A DNA stretch of 64,000 nucleotides from an uncultured bacterium (GTDB taxonomy: Bacteria > Patescibacteriota > Minisyncoccia > Moranbacterales > UBA2206): positions 12,358-76,357 of the forward strand of contig CAIKZD010000017.1 of assembly GCA_903831805.1 (NCBI GenBank). The letters are read 5' to 3'. Numbering within the stretch: the stretch's first letter is position 1; each line of letters starts with the position of its first letter. Under the pieces are notes generated by a model that saw nothing but the letters and a program-made list of their open reading frames with translations, was not told the origin of the DNA and did no database searches. The position numbers and the translations under genes were made by a program. Positions 38,301 through 47,338 of the stretch are shown here, piece by piece.

Positions 38301-38439
38301 TAGTTTTGGAAGCTTAATCGCCAAAGAAACTTTGGCGAATAATGTTCTTTTGAAAAGCGAATCAGCGCTAGTGGCTGATTTAGAGAAAGTTTTTGAGCTG
38401 GACGGGGAGAAGGTTAGTGTTGCTATCAAAAAGAAATAA
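35377..38439 (+). CDS. ileS: Isoleucine--tRNA ligase (IleRS2 type)
   Basis: DGPPFATGTPHYGH, GWDCHGLP, WTTTPWTLP, KMSKK. Confidence 0.97.
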   Translation: MSFRKVESNQKFPEMEMEVLKFWGENKIFEKSLENRKDAKEYSFYDGPPFATGTPHYGHIVASVMKDVVPRYWTMKGYYVERKWGWDCHGLPIENIVEKELGSKKKKDIVEMGVEKFNELCRSKVLTYVDVWEKVVSRMGRWADMKTSYRTMDKDYMESVWWVFKELWDNGLIYEDYRSMHVCPRCETTLSQSEVSEGYKDIKDLSVIAKFELIDEPGTFVLAWTTTPWTLPGNVALAVGEELEYVKVKDLWIPLDKDNIKPLEEGKTPPAVEMKEEYYIIEKNSFEKYKKMFHNAEPNVIEEFKGKNLIGKKYVPLFDFYSKDEKLANHNNGWKIYAGDFVTTEEGTGVVHIAPAFGEDDMRLGKENNLPFVQHVAMDGSFKEELGELAGLNVKPIENPQATDVEIIKYLAKHGTLFHKEKFEHSYPHCWRCDTPLINYATSSWFVAVTKIKDKMLEVAKNINWSPANMKEGRFGNWLEGARDWSISRQRFWASVMPIWVCEECGEQKVFGSVAELEKLSGEKIDDLHKHIVDKVTFPCEKCQKKMKRVPDVLDTWFDSGSMPYAQKHYPFENKERFDKTFPANFIAEGVDQTRAWFYYLHVIASGVKEQEAFQNVIVNGIVLAEDGKKMSKKLQNYPDPMEMFEKYGADSVRHYLMSSPVVAAQNMNFMESEVGEITRGMMRMLWNSYSFFVLYADIDKFEADKNFDPKKLNGLLDRWMVSELHMLIKDFNGHMENYELHKAARLLPKFIDNLSNWYIRRSRKRFWKSENDGDKNEAYQTLYYVLVELSKVMAPFTPFIAEEIWRNLTSGVSEPLRPFGTHPLSTGEGEVASVHLQDFPAADEKLIDEKVNKNMQDLREIITLGLQDRAKNGIKVRQPLKRVILGQKYADVFNETINKIEWSSILIEELNVKGAELGTKTETVMIDTEITPELKLEGAAREIIRHIQQMRKDAGYEVDNRIEVWYDGLKEVFDSFGSLIAKETLANNVLLKSESALVADLEKVFELDGEKVSVAIKKK
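37822..37867. repeat. Family B element in frame in ileS
   Basis: Encodes PLRPFGTHPLSTGEG between AEEIWRNL and SVHL. Confidence 0.88.
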
Positions 38440-38452
38440 GGAGGACGCAACA

Positions 38453-38638
38453 TTGAAAACTCGCACGTTGTTAGTGTTTTTGGGTGGGATAATTTCTGCG
38501 GTTATTTTAGGCTGTTGCTTTGACCTAAAAGTTCTTGTAGAAATTATCGCGAGGCTGTTTGTCGCTGTTCAAATAATTTTCTTTTTTAGCGGTGTTGGCA
38601 TGGCAACCGCAGAATCTTTAAGGGGGGGAAAGGTATGA
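38453..38638 (+). CDS. Small two-TM hypothetical protein
   Basis: SD AGGAGG plus TTG start; hydrophobic. Confidence 0.55.
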   Translation: MKTRTLLVFLGGIISAVILGCCFDLKVLVEIIARLFVAVQIIFFFSGVGMATAESLRGGKV

Positions 38639-38856
38639 CTAAAGAAAGAAGAAAGAAATTTTCTTTTCGGGGTTGGATTGTGGCACTCTTTTCCGGTGAA
38701 TGTCAGGTCTGCAAGAGAACCACCGGTGCCAACTTGGTCACTTGTCGGCGCAATCACCGTGATTTTATTTTCGTTTGCGATGGTTGCTCAAGAAATTTTT
38801 CTGAGCCTGTGAAGATGGAGGAGAGATCAATCCTTTGTGAAGAGGACTATTTCTAA
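38635..38856 (+). CDS. Small Cys-rich (zinc-finger-like) hypothetical protein
   Basis: CQVC, C...H, CDGC; ATGA overlap with upstream ORF. Confidence 0.6.
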   Translation: MTKERRKKFSFRGWIVALFSGECQVCKRTTGANLVTCRRNHRDFIFVCDGCSRNFSEPVKMEERSILCEEDYF

Positions 38857-39065
38857 ATCCGAAGGGGTGGGGTCGCTTTTATCAATGTGATTAGCGACCC
38901 CTGTTTTTATTTAAGAAATATAATCGAGTGTTACTTATCAAGTGAAAGGCTGAAACACTTGCGCTAGAGCGAAAAGTATGCTATAATTAGGTTGTAAGTG
39001 GCCAAAGTAGGCCAAAAAATACGGGTTTATGCCCCGTTTTTATTTTTTTACAGCTTAAAACAAAA

Positions 39066-39839
39066 ATGTCTAAACAAGCGCTAAAAACCAAATATATCGT
39101 CCATCCTATCGCTGTCGCCGTGGTTTTTGTGTTTTTGACGACGCAAGTGCAAGCCAGTGAAATTACGTCGGACAATATTATAAAATATGTAAATATGGCG
39201 CGCTCGGCGCAAGGCACAAATGAATTAGTTGTTAATGATAAGCTTAATCAGGTGGCGCAGGATAAACTGAACGATATGATTGCCAATAAGTATTTTGCAC
39301 ACACTTCACCCGCTGGCATTAATCCGTGGTATTGGTTTCAGAAGGAAGATTACAACTATCATTATGCCGGTGAGAATCTGGCCATTAATTTTAAGACAGC
39401 AGAAGGCGAACAAGCGGCTTGGATGGCCAGCCCGACCCATCGTAAAAATATCTTGGAACCTAACTATCAGGAAATCGGCGTAGCGGTTGGGACAGCGGAA
39501 ACTGACGGACAGCTTTCTATCGTTGCTGTGCAAGAATTCGGTACGACTTTTGCCGGCGTGCCGGCCGACGGGAAAAAATTTGCGCCTTTGCCAAATCCTG
39601 AGTTGATAAAAGATGCGGGTAAAACTGTTCCGCAAGTTTTGTCAGCTAAAAGTGTGGAGCCGGAACAAGCTAGTTCTTTTAGGATGGAAATAATCAATCA
39701 AGGTTTTCTAGCGGCGATGATGTTCATTATGCTTTCCCTCGCTTTTGCCGCCGCCGCCTTTTTAGCCATAGCTTTGGATAAGATTTGGGTAATTTTGGAG
39801 GATAAAAAAACCAAGAAAGAAGCTTTGTCAGCAGCTTAG
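39066..39839 (+). CDS. CAP/SCP domain membrane protein
   Basis: YFAHTSP, YAGENLA, WMASPTHRKNIL, EIGVAV. Confidence 0.92.
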   Translation: MSKQALKTKYIVHPIAVAVVFVFLTTQVQASEITSDNIIKYVNMARSAQGTNELVVNDKLNQVAQDKLNDMIANKYFAHTSPAGINPWYWFQKEDYNYHYAGENLAINFKTAEGEQAAWMASPTHRKNILEPNYQEIGVAVGTAETDGQLSIVAVQEFGTTFAGVPADGKKFAPLPNPELIKDAGKTVPQVLSAKSVEPEQASSFRMEIINQGFLAAMMFIMLSLAFAAAAFLAIALDKIWVILEDKKTKKEALSAA

Positions 39840-39994
39840 AAAATTTATAATCGAATTTATTTAAGTGATAAAAACCGGCCAAAAATCCGGTTTTATTGAC
39901 AAATTTTGGCGGATGTGCTTAAATGCATAATCATGGCTTGAGAGAGAGGAGAAGTTCTAAATATAGGAAAAAATGATCAAGGGAGGGGTATTGC

Positions 39995-40414
39995 ATGAAA
40001 AAGAATGTGGTCATGAAAGTTCTTTTAGCGGGTGACGAGGAGTTAAATAGGAAGTTGTTAAGGCATTTCTTGGAGCGCATAGCTCACTGTGAAATAGAAG
40101 AAGCAACGAATGGGCAAGAAGCGATTGACTTGTTACGAGGTCAAACTTTCGACCTGTTTGTAACGGACTTCGAAATGCCCATAAAAAATGGGATAGATGT
40201 CATCCTTTCTATTCTGGGAAGTGGCGTGGGAGATACTGAAATAATTGTTGTTTCAGGCAATCTTCTTAAATTCATGGACGAGCTTTCCAATAGAGCTGAA
40301 AATTACGAGGAAATTTTGGAGCGGATTTATCCATTGCCAAAGCCGCTTCCCAGACAGATATTTAATTCTATCGTCCAGAAATGTTATCGACGCATCAGTA
40401 ATGATGTAGGATAG
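39995..40414 (+). CDS. Stand-alone response regulator receiver domain
   Basis: EATNGQEA, DLFVTDFEMPIKNG, VSG, KP. Confidence 0.85.
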   Translation: MKKNVVMKVLLAGDEELNRKLLRHFLERIAHCEIEEATNGQEAIDLLRGQTFDLFVTDFEMPIKNGIDVILSILGSGVGDTEIIVVSGNLLKFMDELSNRAENYEEILERIYPLPKPLPRQIFNSIVQKCYRRISNDVG

Positions 40415-40528
40415 CTTGGCCCAGGGAGAGAAGGTTTTTCTCCCCTGGGCTTTTATTTTTATATTTTTCCGATTTACGATAGAATATGAATAGTGCGAGT
40501 AGGGAAGTGTATAATATTTTTCAAAAAA

Positions 40529-41245
40529 GTGGATTATAAATATCAAGCTATTGTTTTAGGCAAATATGATGTCGCCGAAACTGATCGCATTTATGTGCTT
40601 TACACCAGGGAAGCAGGCAAGATCCGACTTCCGGCGCATGGAGTGCGAAAACCTCAGGCGAAATTGGCGGGCAATTTGGAGACGTTGGCGCACTCTGAAG
40701 TTTTTGTGGCGCGCGCGCGCGGAAAAGGCAGGATCACCGGAGTGATTCCCGTGGATTTTTTTGCTTCCATCAAAGAGAAAATTCATACCATGGAAAAAGT
40801 TTTTTGGGTTTTGGGAATTTTCGATCGTTTGGTGACGCAGGAAGAGAAGGATGAGCGCATCTTTGAATTGCTTCTTGGCTATTTGCGAGCCATTGACGCG
40901 GCCGAAGTGGAAGATGCAACCAAGACGGACATTTTCACGTACGGTTTTATTTTTAAACTGCTCCATCTTTTGGGATATGGTTTAGAAATGAGCAAATGCG
41001 TGGCTTGTGGCGCGATGCTCAAGCCCGGGGAGAATTTTTTTGAGAGCGAGCGCGGCGGCACAGTGTGCGCGGCTTGTGCGGCACGCGGAGGAAAACGGGT
41101 GAAAATCACGGACGAAGCGGTGAAATTCATCCGGCTATTTTTGGAAAACAAAATTGAAAATCTGGGCAAGATAAAGGCGGAAGAAAAAAAACTGAGCAAT
41201 CTGAAATTGGTGGCGTCAGAAGCCATCAAATGGATCGCGGGGTAG
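40529..41245 (+). CDS. recO: DNA repair protein RecO
   Basis: ETDRI..LYTREAGKI...GVRKP..KL, CVAC and CAAC zinc finger; GTG start inferred. Confidence 0.92.
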   Translation: MDYKYQAIVLGKYDVAETDRIYVLYTREAGKIRLPAHGVRKPQAKLAGNLETLAHSEVFVARARGKGRITGVIPVDFFASIKEKIHTMEKVFWVLGIFDRLVTQEEKDERIFELLLGYLRAIDAAEVEDATKTDIFTYGFIFKLLHLLGYGLEMSKCVACGAMLKPGENFFESERGGTVCAACAARGGKRVKITDEAVKFIRLFLENKIENLGKIKAEEKKLSNLKLVASEAIKWIAG

Positions 41246-41335
41246 CAGGGAAAAAAGAAGCAAGAAGCGTTTGATTATCAGCGGAAAATTAGATATAATA
41301 ATGGCAGGAAATAAAAATTCAAAAATAAAAAAAGT

Positions 41336-43243
41336 ATGTCTCTTTTCAATATCGAAGACAAACTCTATAAAAAAGATACACCGGAAAATCTTTCGCAGCA
41401 TGCGGTTAGTGAATATAATCCCAGTGCCACTGAAATGGGGAAAAATATTCCCATCAAGGAAGATTTATGGGTGAAAGATCAGGTAGGCTTGGCTAAATCG
41501 GAAAAGCGAGAAGTCGCCGCCGGGCTGGTTATATTATTAGTTATCCTGGCCATCATCCTGGTGTTAGCTATCGGTTTTTTAGTGCAGCAAGGGGCCTTTA
41601 ATAGCAAAAACGCGTTTGTTGCGATCGGTGGGGCGGAACAGGTGGAAAGTGGGCAAACAGTCACATACGAGATTGATTACAAAAATAATAATTGGATCGG
41701 GATGAAAAATGCTGCCATTAAGATTGCCTACCCGGAAGAGTTCCGTCCAGAACCGAGTGAAAATTTCAAAGAAGATAGTCGGACTTCTGGCACATACACC
41801 CTTGGCACAGTGGCTTTGCGTTCTTCCGGCAAGATTTTTTTCAGCGGCAAGGCCTACAGTCCTAAGGGCGCTTTGATTTATCTGAAGACGAGCTTAGTCT
41901 ATCAGCCAGCCTTTTTTTTCGGAAACTTTGAAACTGCGGCTCAACTTGGCGTGAATGTGATTTCCGCTCCGATTACTTTCGAAGTTGAGGGACCGCAGGA
42001 CCTGGTCAGTGGCAACGCCTTGGATTATGTCATCAACTACCGCAATGATGGCAACGAAGAGCTGGCCAATCTGCAGATCAAGGTGCAGTATCCGGAAGGT
42101 TTCAAATTTGTGTCTTCTGATCCGGCCAGTCAGGAGGGTGTGAACACTGCTTGGACAATCGGCAGCTTAAAGCCGGGCGGCTCGGGGAAGGTGGTCATCA
42201 GAGGTGAGTTAGCGGGAGGCGATGGGATAAATCGCGCGGCCAAAATTTCCATCGGCGTGGTGGATAAGGGAGAATTTGTGAGTTACAACAATGAAACTGT
42301 GGACACGCGCATTGTGGCTTCTCCATTGGCTGTGTTTCAGACAGTTAACGGAACTCAGCAGCGGAGTGCTAGCGCGGGAGAATATTTAAGCTTCAACGTG
42401 ATCTACAAAAATAATGGCAATATTGGGTTGCGCGATGTGATTGTGACGGAAAAACTAGATAGTCCTGTTTTAGATTATGCTACGTTGCAAATAAAAAATG
42501 GGAGCTTTGACGAAGCGAAGAAGCTGATTACCTGGAAAGCTCCTGATGTGCCGGCGTTTAAAAGTCTAAATCCGGGAGTCAGTGGAGAGTTTAATTTTTC
42601 CATCAAAGTGAAAGGGAATATTCCATTGGATGGCGATATTAAGAAAAATTTTGTGATTACCAGTTTGGCTGCTATTGATAGCCCGGATGTGCCAACACCC
42701 ATTTCAGCGAATAAAATAATTTCCAGTAATAAGCTGGACATGAAACTTAACAGTAAGATAATTTTGGAGACGAAAGGCTTTTATCACGATGCGCAGATTC
42801 CTAATGCCGGACCGATTCCGCCCCGGGTTGGACAGGAAACCACTTATACGTTACACTGGAAGGCCATGAATGTTTCCAATGATATAAATAATGTCACGGT
42901 CACGGCCAATATCCCGACCAATACTGTTATGACCGGCAAAATTTTCCCAGCTGATGCGCGCCTAAACTATAACGAAAGAACCAATTCTATCAGCTGGAAT
43001 ATTGGCAAGATGGATGCGGGGGAGGGTGTGTTGAACGGCGCACCGGAGGTGGCTTTCCAGGTCAGGATCAAACCCTCACCGGATCAATTCGAACAATCAG
43101 TCGGACTTTTAGGAATATCGACTTTGAATGCCAAAGATCTTTTCTCGGGTGAGAATCTGACAATCACAAATGACGCGAAAACGATCAATCTTTTCGAAGA
43201 TAAGACGCTCGTGGACGTGGGCGGGGATAGAGTTTCAAATTAA
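41336..43243 (+). CDS. Membrane-anchored Ig-like / DUF11-repeat protein
   Basis: One TM then repeated G..vtY.I.Y.N.G beta-sandwich units. Confidence 0.75.
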   Translation: MSLFNIEDKLYKKDTPENLSQHAVSEYNPSATEMGKNIPIKEDLWVKDQVGLAKSEKREVAAGLVILLVILAIILVLAIGFLVQQGAFNSKNAFVAIGGAEQVESGQTVTYEIDYKNNNWIGMKNAAIKIAYPEEFRPEPSENFKEDSRTSGTYTLGTVALRSSGKIFFSGKAYSPKGALIYLKTSLVYQPAFFFGNFETAAQLGVNVISAPITFEVEGPQDLVSGNALDYVINYRNDGNEELANLQIKVQYPEGFKFVSSDPASQEGVNTAWTIGSLKPGGSGKVVIRGELAGGDGINRAAKISIGVVDKGEFVSYNNETVDTRIVASPLAVFQTVNGTQQRSASAGEYLSFNVIYKNNGNIGLRDVIVTEKLDSPVLDYATLQIKNGSFDEAKKLITWKAPDVPAFKSLNPGVSGEFNFSIKVKGNIPLDGDIKKNFVITSLAAIDSPDVPTPISANKIISSNKLDMKLNSKIILETKGFYHDAQIPNAGPIPPRVGQETTYTLHWKAMNVSNDINNVTVTANIPTNTVMTGKIFPADARLNYNERTNSISWNIGKMDAGEGVLNGAPEVAFQVRIKPSPDQFEQSVGLLGISTLNAKDLFSGENLTITNDAKTINLFEDKTLVDVGGDRVSN

Positions 43244-43258
43244 GTCTAGTTATGGAAA

Positions 43259-44452
43259 ATGTTTAAGATATTCGAGAAAAAAAATCAAGCCAGAACTGGA
43301 ATAGTTACGACCAAAAACGGAGAAATCAAGACTCCGTTTTTTATGCCGGATGCCACGCGGGGTTTTGTGAAATTTCTCAATAATGAGGATATTGCAAGAA
43401 CGGGGATTGTACCGATGGTGGTCAACACTTATCATCTCTTTCTTAGTCCTGGGATGGAAATTGTTAAGAAAGCCGGGGGCATCCATAAGTTCATGAATTA
43501 TGATAAGCCTTTGTTGTCCGATAGCGGGGGCTATCAAGTTTTTTCTTTGATCCATAAAAGTCCTAAGATGGGGAAAATTACCGACAACGAAGTTGTTTTC
43601 CGTTCGCCGACCAGCGGAGAAAAGCATATTATTACTCCGGAAAAATCCATCCAAATCCAATTTGATTTGGGCGTGGATATGATGGTGTGCTTTGATGATC
43701 CGCCACCGAACAATTATTCCAAAGCGCGGATTGCGGCCGCGGTCGAACGGACCATTTTTTGGGCGGAGCGGTGCCTCGTTGAATATGAAAAACAAATCAA
43801 AAAAAGAAAAATTACCGCAGGCAATCGGCCGCTCATTTTCGCCGTGGTACAAGGCGGGGAATATGTGGATCTGCGCCAAAGATGTGTTGAGGGTCTGATT
43901 GAAGTGGGCAAAAAAGTGGGAAGAGATTGGGATGGTTTTGGTTTTGGTGCCCGACATGTGAATGAAAAAGGCGTTTTTTTGGAAGAAATCTTGCGGGCCA
44001 CAGCTAGTTTCATTCCTGAAAAAGCTTTGCGCTTCGCTCTCGGAGTGGGTACGCCGGAAGATATTGTCAGATGCTATTTGATGGGCTGGGATATGTTTGA
44101 TTGTGTCATACCGACGCGCGAAGGCCGGCACGGAAGAATATTTCTGCGGATTCGAGGTCAGCAACCCCTCCCCAGCCCTCCCCAACCCCTCTCCAACTCT
44201 CCCCTTAGTAAAGGGGAGAGGGAAAGACACGGCGCGGGGGGATTCTATGAAACAATCAATATGAATAATGGGAAATTTGCGGAGGATTTTTCCAAGATTG
44301 ACGCGCAATGTGATTGCGACCTATGTCGAAATCACACACGGGCTTATGTGCATCATCTTTTCAAGTCTCGCGACCCGCTCGGGATGAGACTGGCCGCAAT
44401 TCATAATTTGAGATTCTATGTGGAGCTGATGGAAGAATTAAAAACGCTATAA
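43259..44452 (+). CDS. tgt: tRNA-guanine transglycosylase with palindromic insertion
   Basis: TPFFMP, DSGGYQVFSL, DMFDCVIPTR, CDCDLC..H zinc site. Confidence 0.95.
   Translation: MFKIFEKKNQARTGIVTTKNGEIKTPFFMPDATRGFVKFLNNEDIARTGIVPMVVNTYHLFLSPGMEIVKKAGGIHKFMNYDKPLLSDSGGYQVFSLIHKSPKMGKITDNEVVFRSPTSGEKHIITPEKSIQIQFDLGVDMMVCFDDPPPNNYSKARIAAAVERTIFWAERCLVEYEKQIKKRKITAGNRPLIFAVVQGGEYVDLRQRCVEGLIEVGKKVGRDWDGFGFGARHVNEKGVFLEEILRATASFIPEKALRFALGVGTPEDIVRCYLMGWDMFDCVIPTREGRHGRIFLRIRGQQPLPSPPQPLSNSPLSKGERERHGAGGFYETINMNNGKFAEDFSKIDAQCDCDLCRNHTRAYVHHLFKSRDPLGMRLAAIHNLRFYVELMEELKTL
44165..44222. repeat. Family B-related element in frame in tgt
   Basis: C-rich arm plus CTCTCCCCTT-AGTA-AAGGGGAGAG perfect 10-bp stem. 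Confidence 0.88.
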
Positions 44453-44455
44453 ACT

Positions 44456-45799
44456 ATGCTAGAGCTAGATAAGAAGAAGAAGAATTCTGGAAACTTAGAA
44501 TTGCTGGCGCCGGCAGGCAATTTGGAGAAGTTAAAATACGCCATTGCCTATGGCGCGGACGCTGTCTATGCCGGCGTGCCGGATTTTTCTTTGCGGGTGC
44601 GCATTAATAATTTTACGGAAAGTACGCTGTGCGAAGCGGCGGACTATGCACATAAGCATGGAAAAAAAATTTATATTACGCTGAACATTTATGCTCATAA
44701 TTTTCATTTAGAAAAAATCACGGCGCATTTGAAATTTTTGAAAACATTATCAATTGACGGCGTGATCGTGAGCGATCCGGGCATCATCAATTTAGTGAAG
44801 AAATATCTGCCCAAGGTGGACATGCATCTGTCTACGCAGGCCAACGCTACTAATGTTGAGGCGGTGAAATTTTGGCAGCAGATCGGAGTGAAAAGAATTG
44901 TGCTGGCGCGCGAAGTGACCCTGGAAGAAATTCGCGAGATTAGGGCATCCGTGCCAAAAATGGAATTGGAATATTTTATCCACGGGGCGATGTGCATGAG
45001 TTATTCCGGGCGGTGCATCTTGTCCAAATGGATGAGTGGGAAAAGCGCGAATCTGGGGGATTGCACGCAGCCGTGCCGATGGGCGTATCGCCCAAAATTA
45101 CAAATTACAAATGACAAATGTCAAATAAATTCCAAAGTTCAAATTTCAAATTCAAAAAATAATTTAGACGAAGTATTGGCGATGAGCGTTGTAGATAATC
45201 AAGAAAAATTTGAGATGGATTTGGAAGAGGATCGACACGGGACATATTTTTTCAATAGTCGAGATTTGAACCTGGCCGCGCATATTGCCGATTTGGCAGA
45301 GGCAGGTGTGACGAGTTTCAAGATCGAAGGGCGGGCTAAGAGTGTCTATTATGTCTCAGTGGTCACGCGGGCTTATCGCAAAATTATAGCCGCTATTGGG
45401 AAAAAAAGTTTAAATTTAGTAATCAGAGCACAGCAGAAAGAACTGGACACGCTAGTGAATCGAGGCTATACCAACGGCTTTCTTTTGGGGGCGGAACCGG
45501 AGCATAATTTTTCAGGAAAATTGAGCGAGACGCCGTGGAAGTTTTCCGGCGTGGTGGAAGGCAAGAAAAAAATTGGCAAAGAAATTTTTAATATAATTTT
45601 TGCGCACAATGAAATGTATGCGCGGGACGTCATCGAGGCGGTGACACCCAAAGAAAACGTGAAAGTCAAAATTAAAAAAATCTTAAACTACAAACTTGAA
45701 AAAGTAACTGAAATCCATGGCGGACACGCCAACCGATTTTTTGTGCAGTTTGACTTGGTTTTACCGAAAGGTGTGCTTCTGCGGAGGAAAGTAAAGTAA
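44456..45799 (+). CDS. Peptidase U32 family (TrhP-like tRNA hydroxylation protein)
   Basis: ELLAPAG, HGAMCMSYSGRC, CTQPCR, SFKIEGR. Confidence 0.9.
   Translation: MLELDKKKKNSGNLELLAPAGNLEKLKYAIAYGADAVYAGVPDFSLRVRINNFTESTLCEAADYAHKHGKKIYITLNIYAHNFHLEKITAHLKFLKTLSIDGVIVSDPGIINLVKKYLPKVDMHLSTQANATNVEAVKFWQQIGVKRIVLAREVTLEEIREIRASVPKMELEYFIHGAMCMSYSGRCILSKWMSGKSANLGDCTQPCRWAYRPKLQITNDKCQINSKVQISNSKNNLDEVLAMSVVDNQEKFEMDLEEDRHGTYFFNSRDLNLAAHIADLAEAGVTSFKIEGRAKSVYYVSVVTRAYRKIIAAIGKKSLNLVIRAQQKELDTLVNRGYTNGFLLGAEPEHNFSGKLSETPWKFSGVVEGKKKIGKEIFNIIFAHNEMYARDVIEAVTPKENVKVKIKKILNYKLEKVTEIHGGHANRFFVQFDLVLPKGVLLRRKVK
45093..45160. repeat. Heptamer repeat insertion in the U32 gene
   Basis: (CAAATNN)n, encodes KLQITNDKCQINSKVQISNSK; similar intergenic copy 60145-60205. 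Confidence 0.8.
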
Positions 45800-45805
45800 C
45801 TTCTT

Positions 45806-46828
45806 TTAAGTTAAGATCCGGATCAAGGTCCGGCCGATTATTCTTTTGCCCACAGCCCAAGTGATAAAATTGAATAAAATATTTCTTACGGGCCAAAGAA
45901 TAATGACGACGACCAGCATGGCTTCGTGCAAGTATTTGTCGCGCAGAGCGGCATGAATTTTTCGGGCTTTGTGGCGCGGGTCAAGAATAGTTTTGGCGAT
46001 GTCTTCACCTGAAACTAGTGCTTGATAGATGCCTTCGCCGGTGAAACCATCGGCCAGTCCCGCCGCGTCGCCTGCGAGAAAGATGTTTCCGAATTTCCAG
46101 CCGCGATAATCGCAATTGATGAGGAAAACTTCACGGGGTACGTTTTCAAGACTGATATTTCTTTCTTTGGCCCAGGCTTCGAATTTTTTTTGGGCAATGA
46201 GAGGTGAAAAAACTTTTTGAGGATAGCCATATCCGATGGAGATGTGGTCACGGTGCGGAAATATCCAGGAATACCAAGAACTGAAAAATTTGGAATTGAG
46301 AAAAATTTCAAAATCAGGAAAGTCTCCCAGGGGAAGCTTGTATTGCACAGCCACGCCGGCCAATCTCGTTTTGATCTTGAGAAACCGGCGCACGACTGAG
46401 TTGGATCCGTCCGCGCCGATGAGAAATTCAAAGCCAATTTTTTCTTGATCATTAATGATCAGATAATCTTTTTCAATTTTGCCAACATGGGATGAGGTGC
46501 GCACAGTGACATTGTGCCCCAGTTTTTGGAGTTGCCAAGCCCCTAAATTTTTCCGGTCGATGGTGTAGAAAAAAGTTTCCCCAAAATTGATGCGCGTCCT
46601 GACGCGAGGGGAGTTGAAAAAAATTTCATTGTATTTGTAGTCAATTATACTCTCAGGCAAATTGAGATACTGGATGCTTTTCCGTGTGAGGCCGCCGGCG
46701 CAGATTTTGGGTCCGATTTCAGCGTTTTTTTCCAAAATAAGCACGCTTTTTCCCGCCTCGCCCAAAATTTTGGCGGCATTGAGTCCCGCTGGTCCCGCCC
46801 CGATGATGATGACTTCGTATTTTTCCAT
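45806..46828 (-). CDS. Geranylgeranyl reductase-like FAD oxidoreductase
   Basis: IIGAGPAG, CAGGL, GADGSNS, GDAAG..GEGI; start at MEKYEV. Confidence 0.88.
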   Translation of the reverse strand: MEKYEVIIIGAGPAGLNAAKILGEAGKSVLILEKNAEIGPKICAGGLTRKSIQYLNLPESIIDYKYNEIFFNSPRVRTRINFGETFFYTIDRKNLGAWQLQKLGHNVTVRTSSHVGKIEKDYLIINDQEKIGFEFLIGADGSNSVVRRFLKIKTRLAGVAVQYKLPLGDFPDFEIFLNSKFFSSWYSWIFPHRDHISIGYGYPQKVFSPLIAQKKFEAWAKERNISLENVPREVFLINCDYRGWKFGNIFLAGDAAGLADGFTGEGIYQALVSGEDIAKTILDPRHKARKIHAALRDKYLHEAMLVVVIILWPVRNILFNFITWAVGKRIIGRTLIRILT

Positions 46829-46880
46829 AAGTTTGTTTATTTTATTCCAGTATAAAGGAAGGCGGGGAAAAGGCAATCTT

Positions 46881-47034
46881 TTTGTCATCCTGAGCGGAGT
46901 GAGTCGCCGATAAGGCGAGGAACGCAGTCGAAGAATCTGCTTTGTGATAATTCTTGTTTTGTGATTTATAGTAAAATTAGCAGCTACACCAGGCAGATTC
47001 TTCGACTTCGCTACGCTCCGCTCAGAATGACAAA
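46881..47034. repeat. Family A element
   Basis: TTTGTCATCCTGAGC...GCTCAGAATGACAAA, 56-nt core. Confidence 0.92.
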
Positions 47035-47068
47035 TCACTACATCGTTTAAGTATAGAGCCAATCTTGT

Positions 47069-47097
47069 TTGACTTTTTCAGCTTTTAGGGATAGGAT
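47069..47097 (+). promoter_or_regulatory. Sigma70 promoter of glyS leader
   Basis: TTGACT-17-TAGGAT. Confidence 0.6.
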
Positions 47098-47103
47098 AAA
47101 GAT

Positions 47104-47266
47104 ACTTCTGGGGTTTGGCTCCCGGAGGAAAATTTAAAAAGAGTCTCGACATTTAGTCGGGGAAATCAGGTGGAACCGCGGACTTGATGTAAGTGATTAA
47201 TTACTTACATCGAAGCTCGTCCTGAACATGCGATTTTTTTGTATGTTCTGGACGGGCTTTTTGTTT
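47104..47266 (+). ncRNA. T-box riboswitch (Gly), minimal stem I
   Basis: T-box AAATCAGGTGGAACCGCG near 47163-47180; GGC in 6-nt loop at 47117-47119; long terminator plus U-run. Confidence 0.85.
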
Positions 47267-47338
47267 CTCTCTACGAATTACGAATTGGTACGAATATACG
47301 AATTAGAAAAGATAATTTTTTAAAAATACCAAAACAAT

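Noticed and set aside
46829-47062. 78-aa N-terminal extension of the GGR-like ORF
   Set aside because: It is read-through of a family A element; the Rossmann motif starts right after ATG 46828
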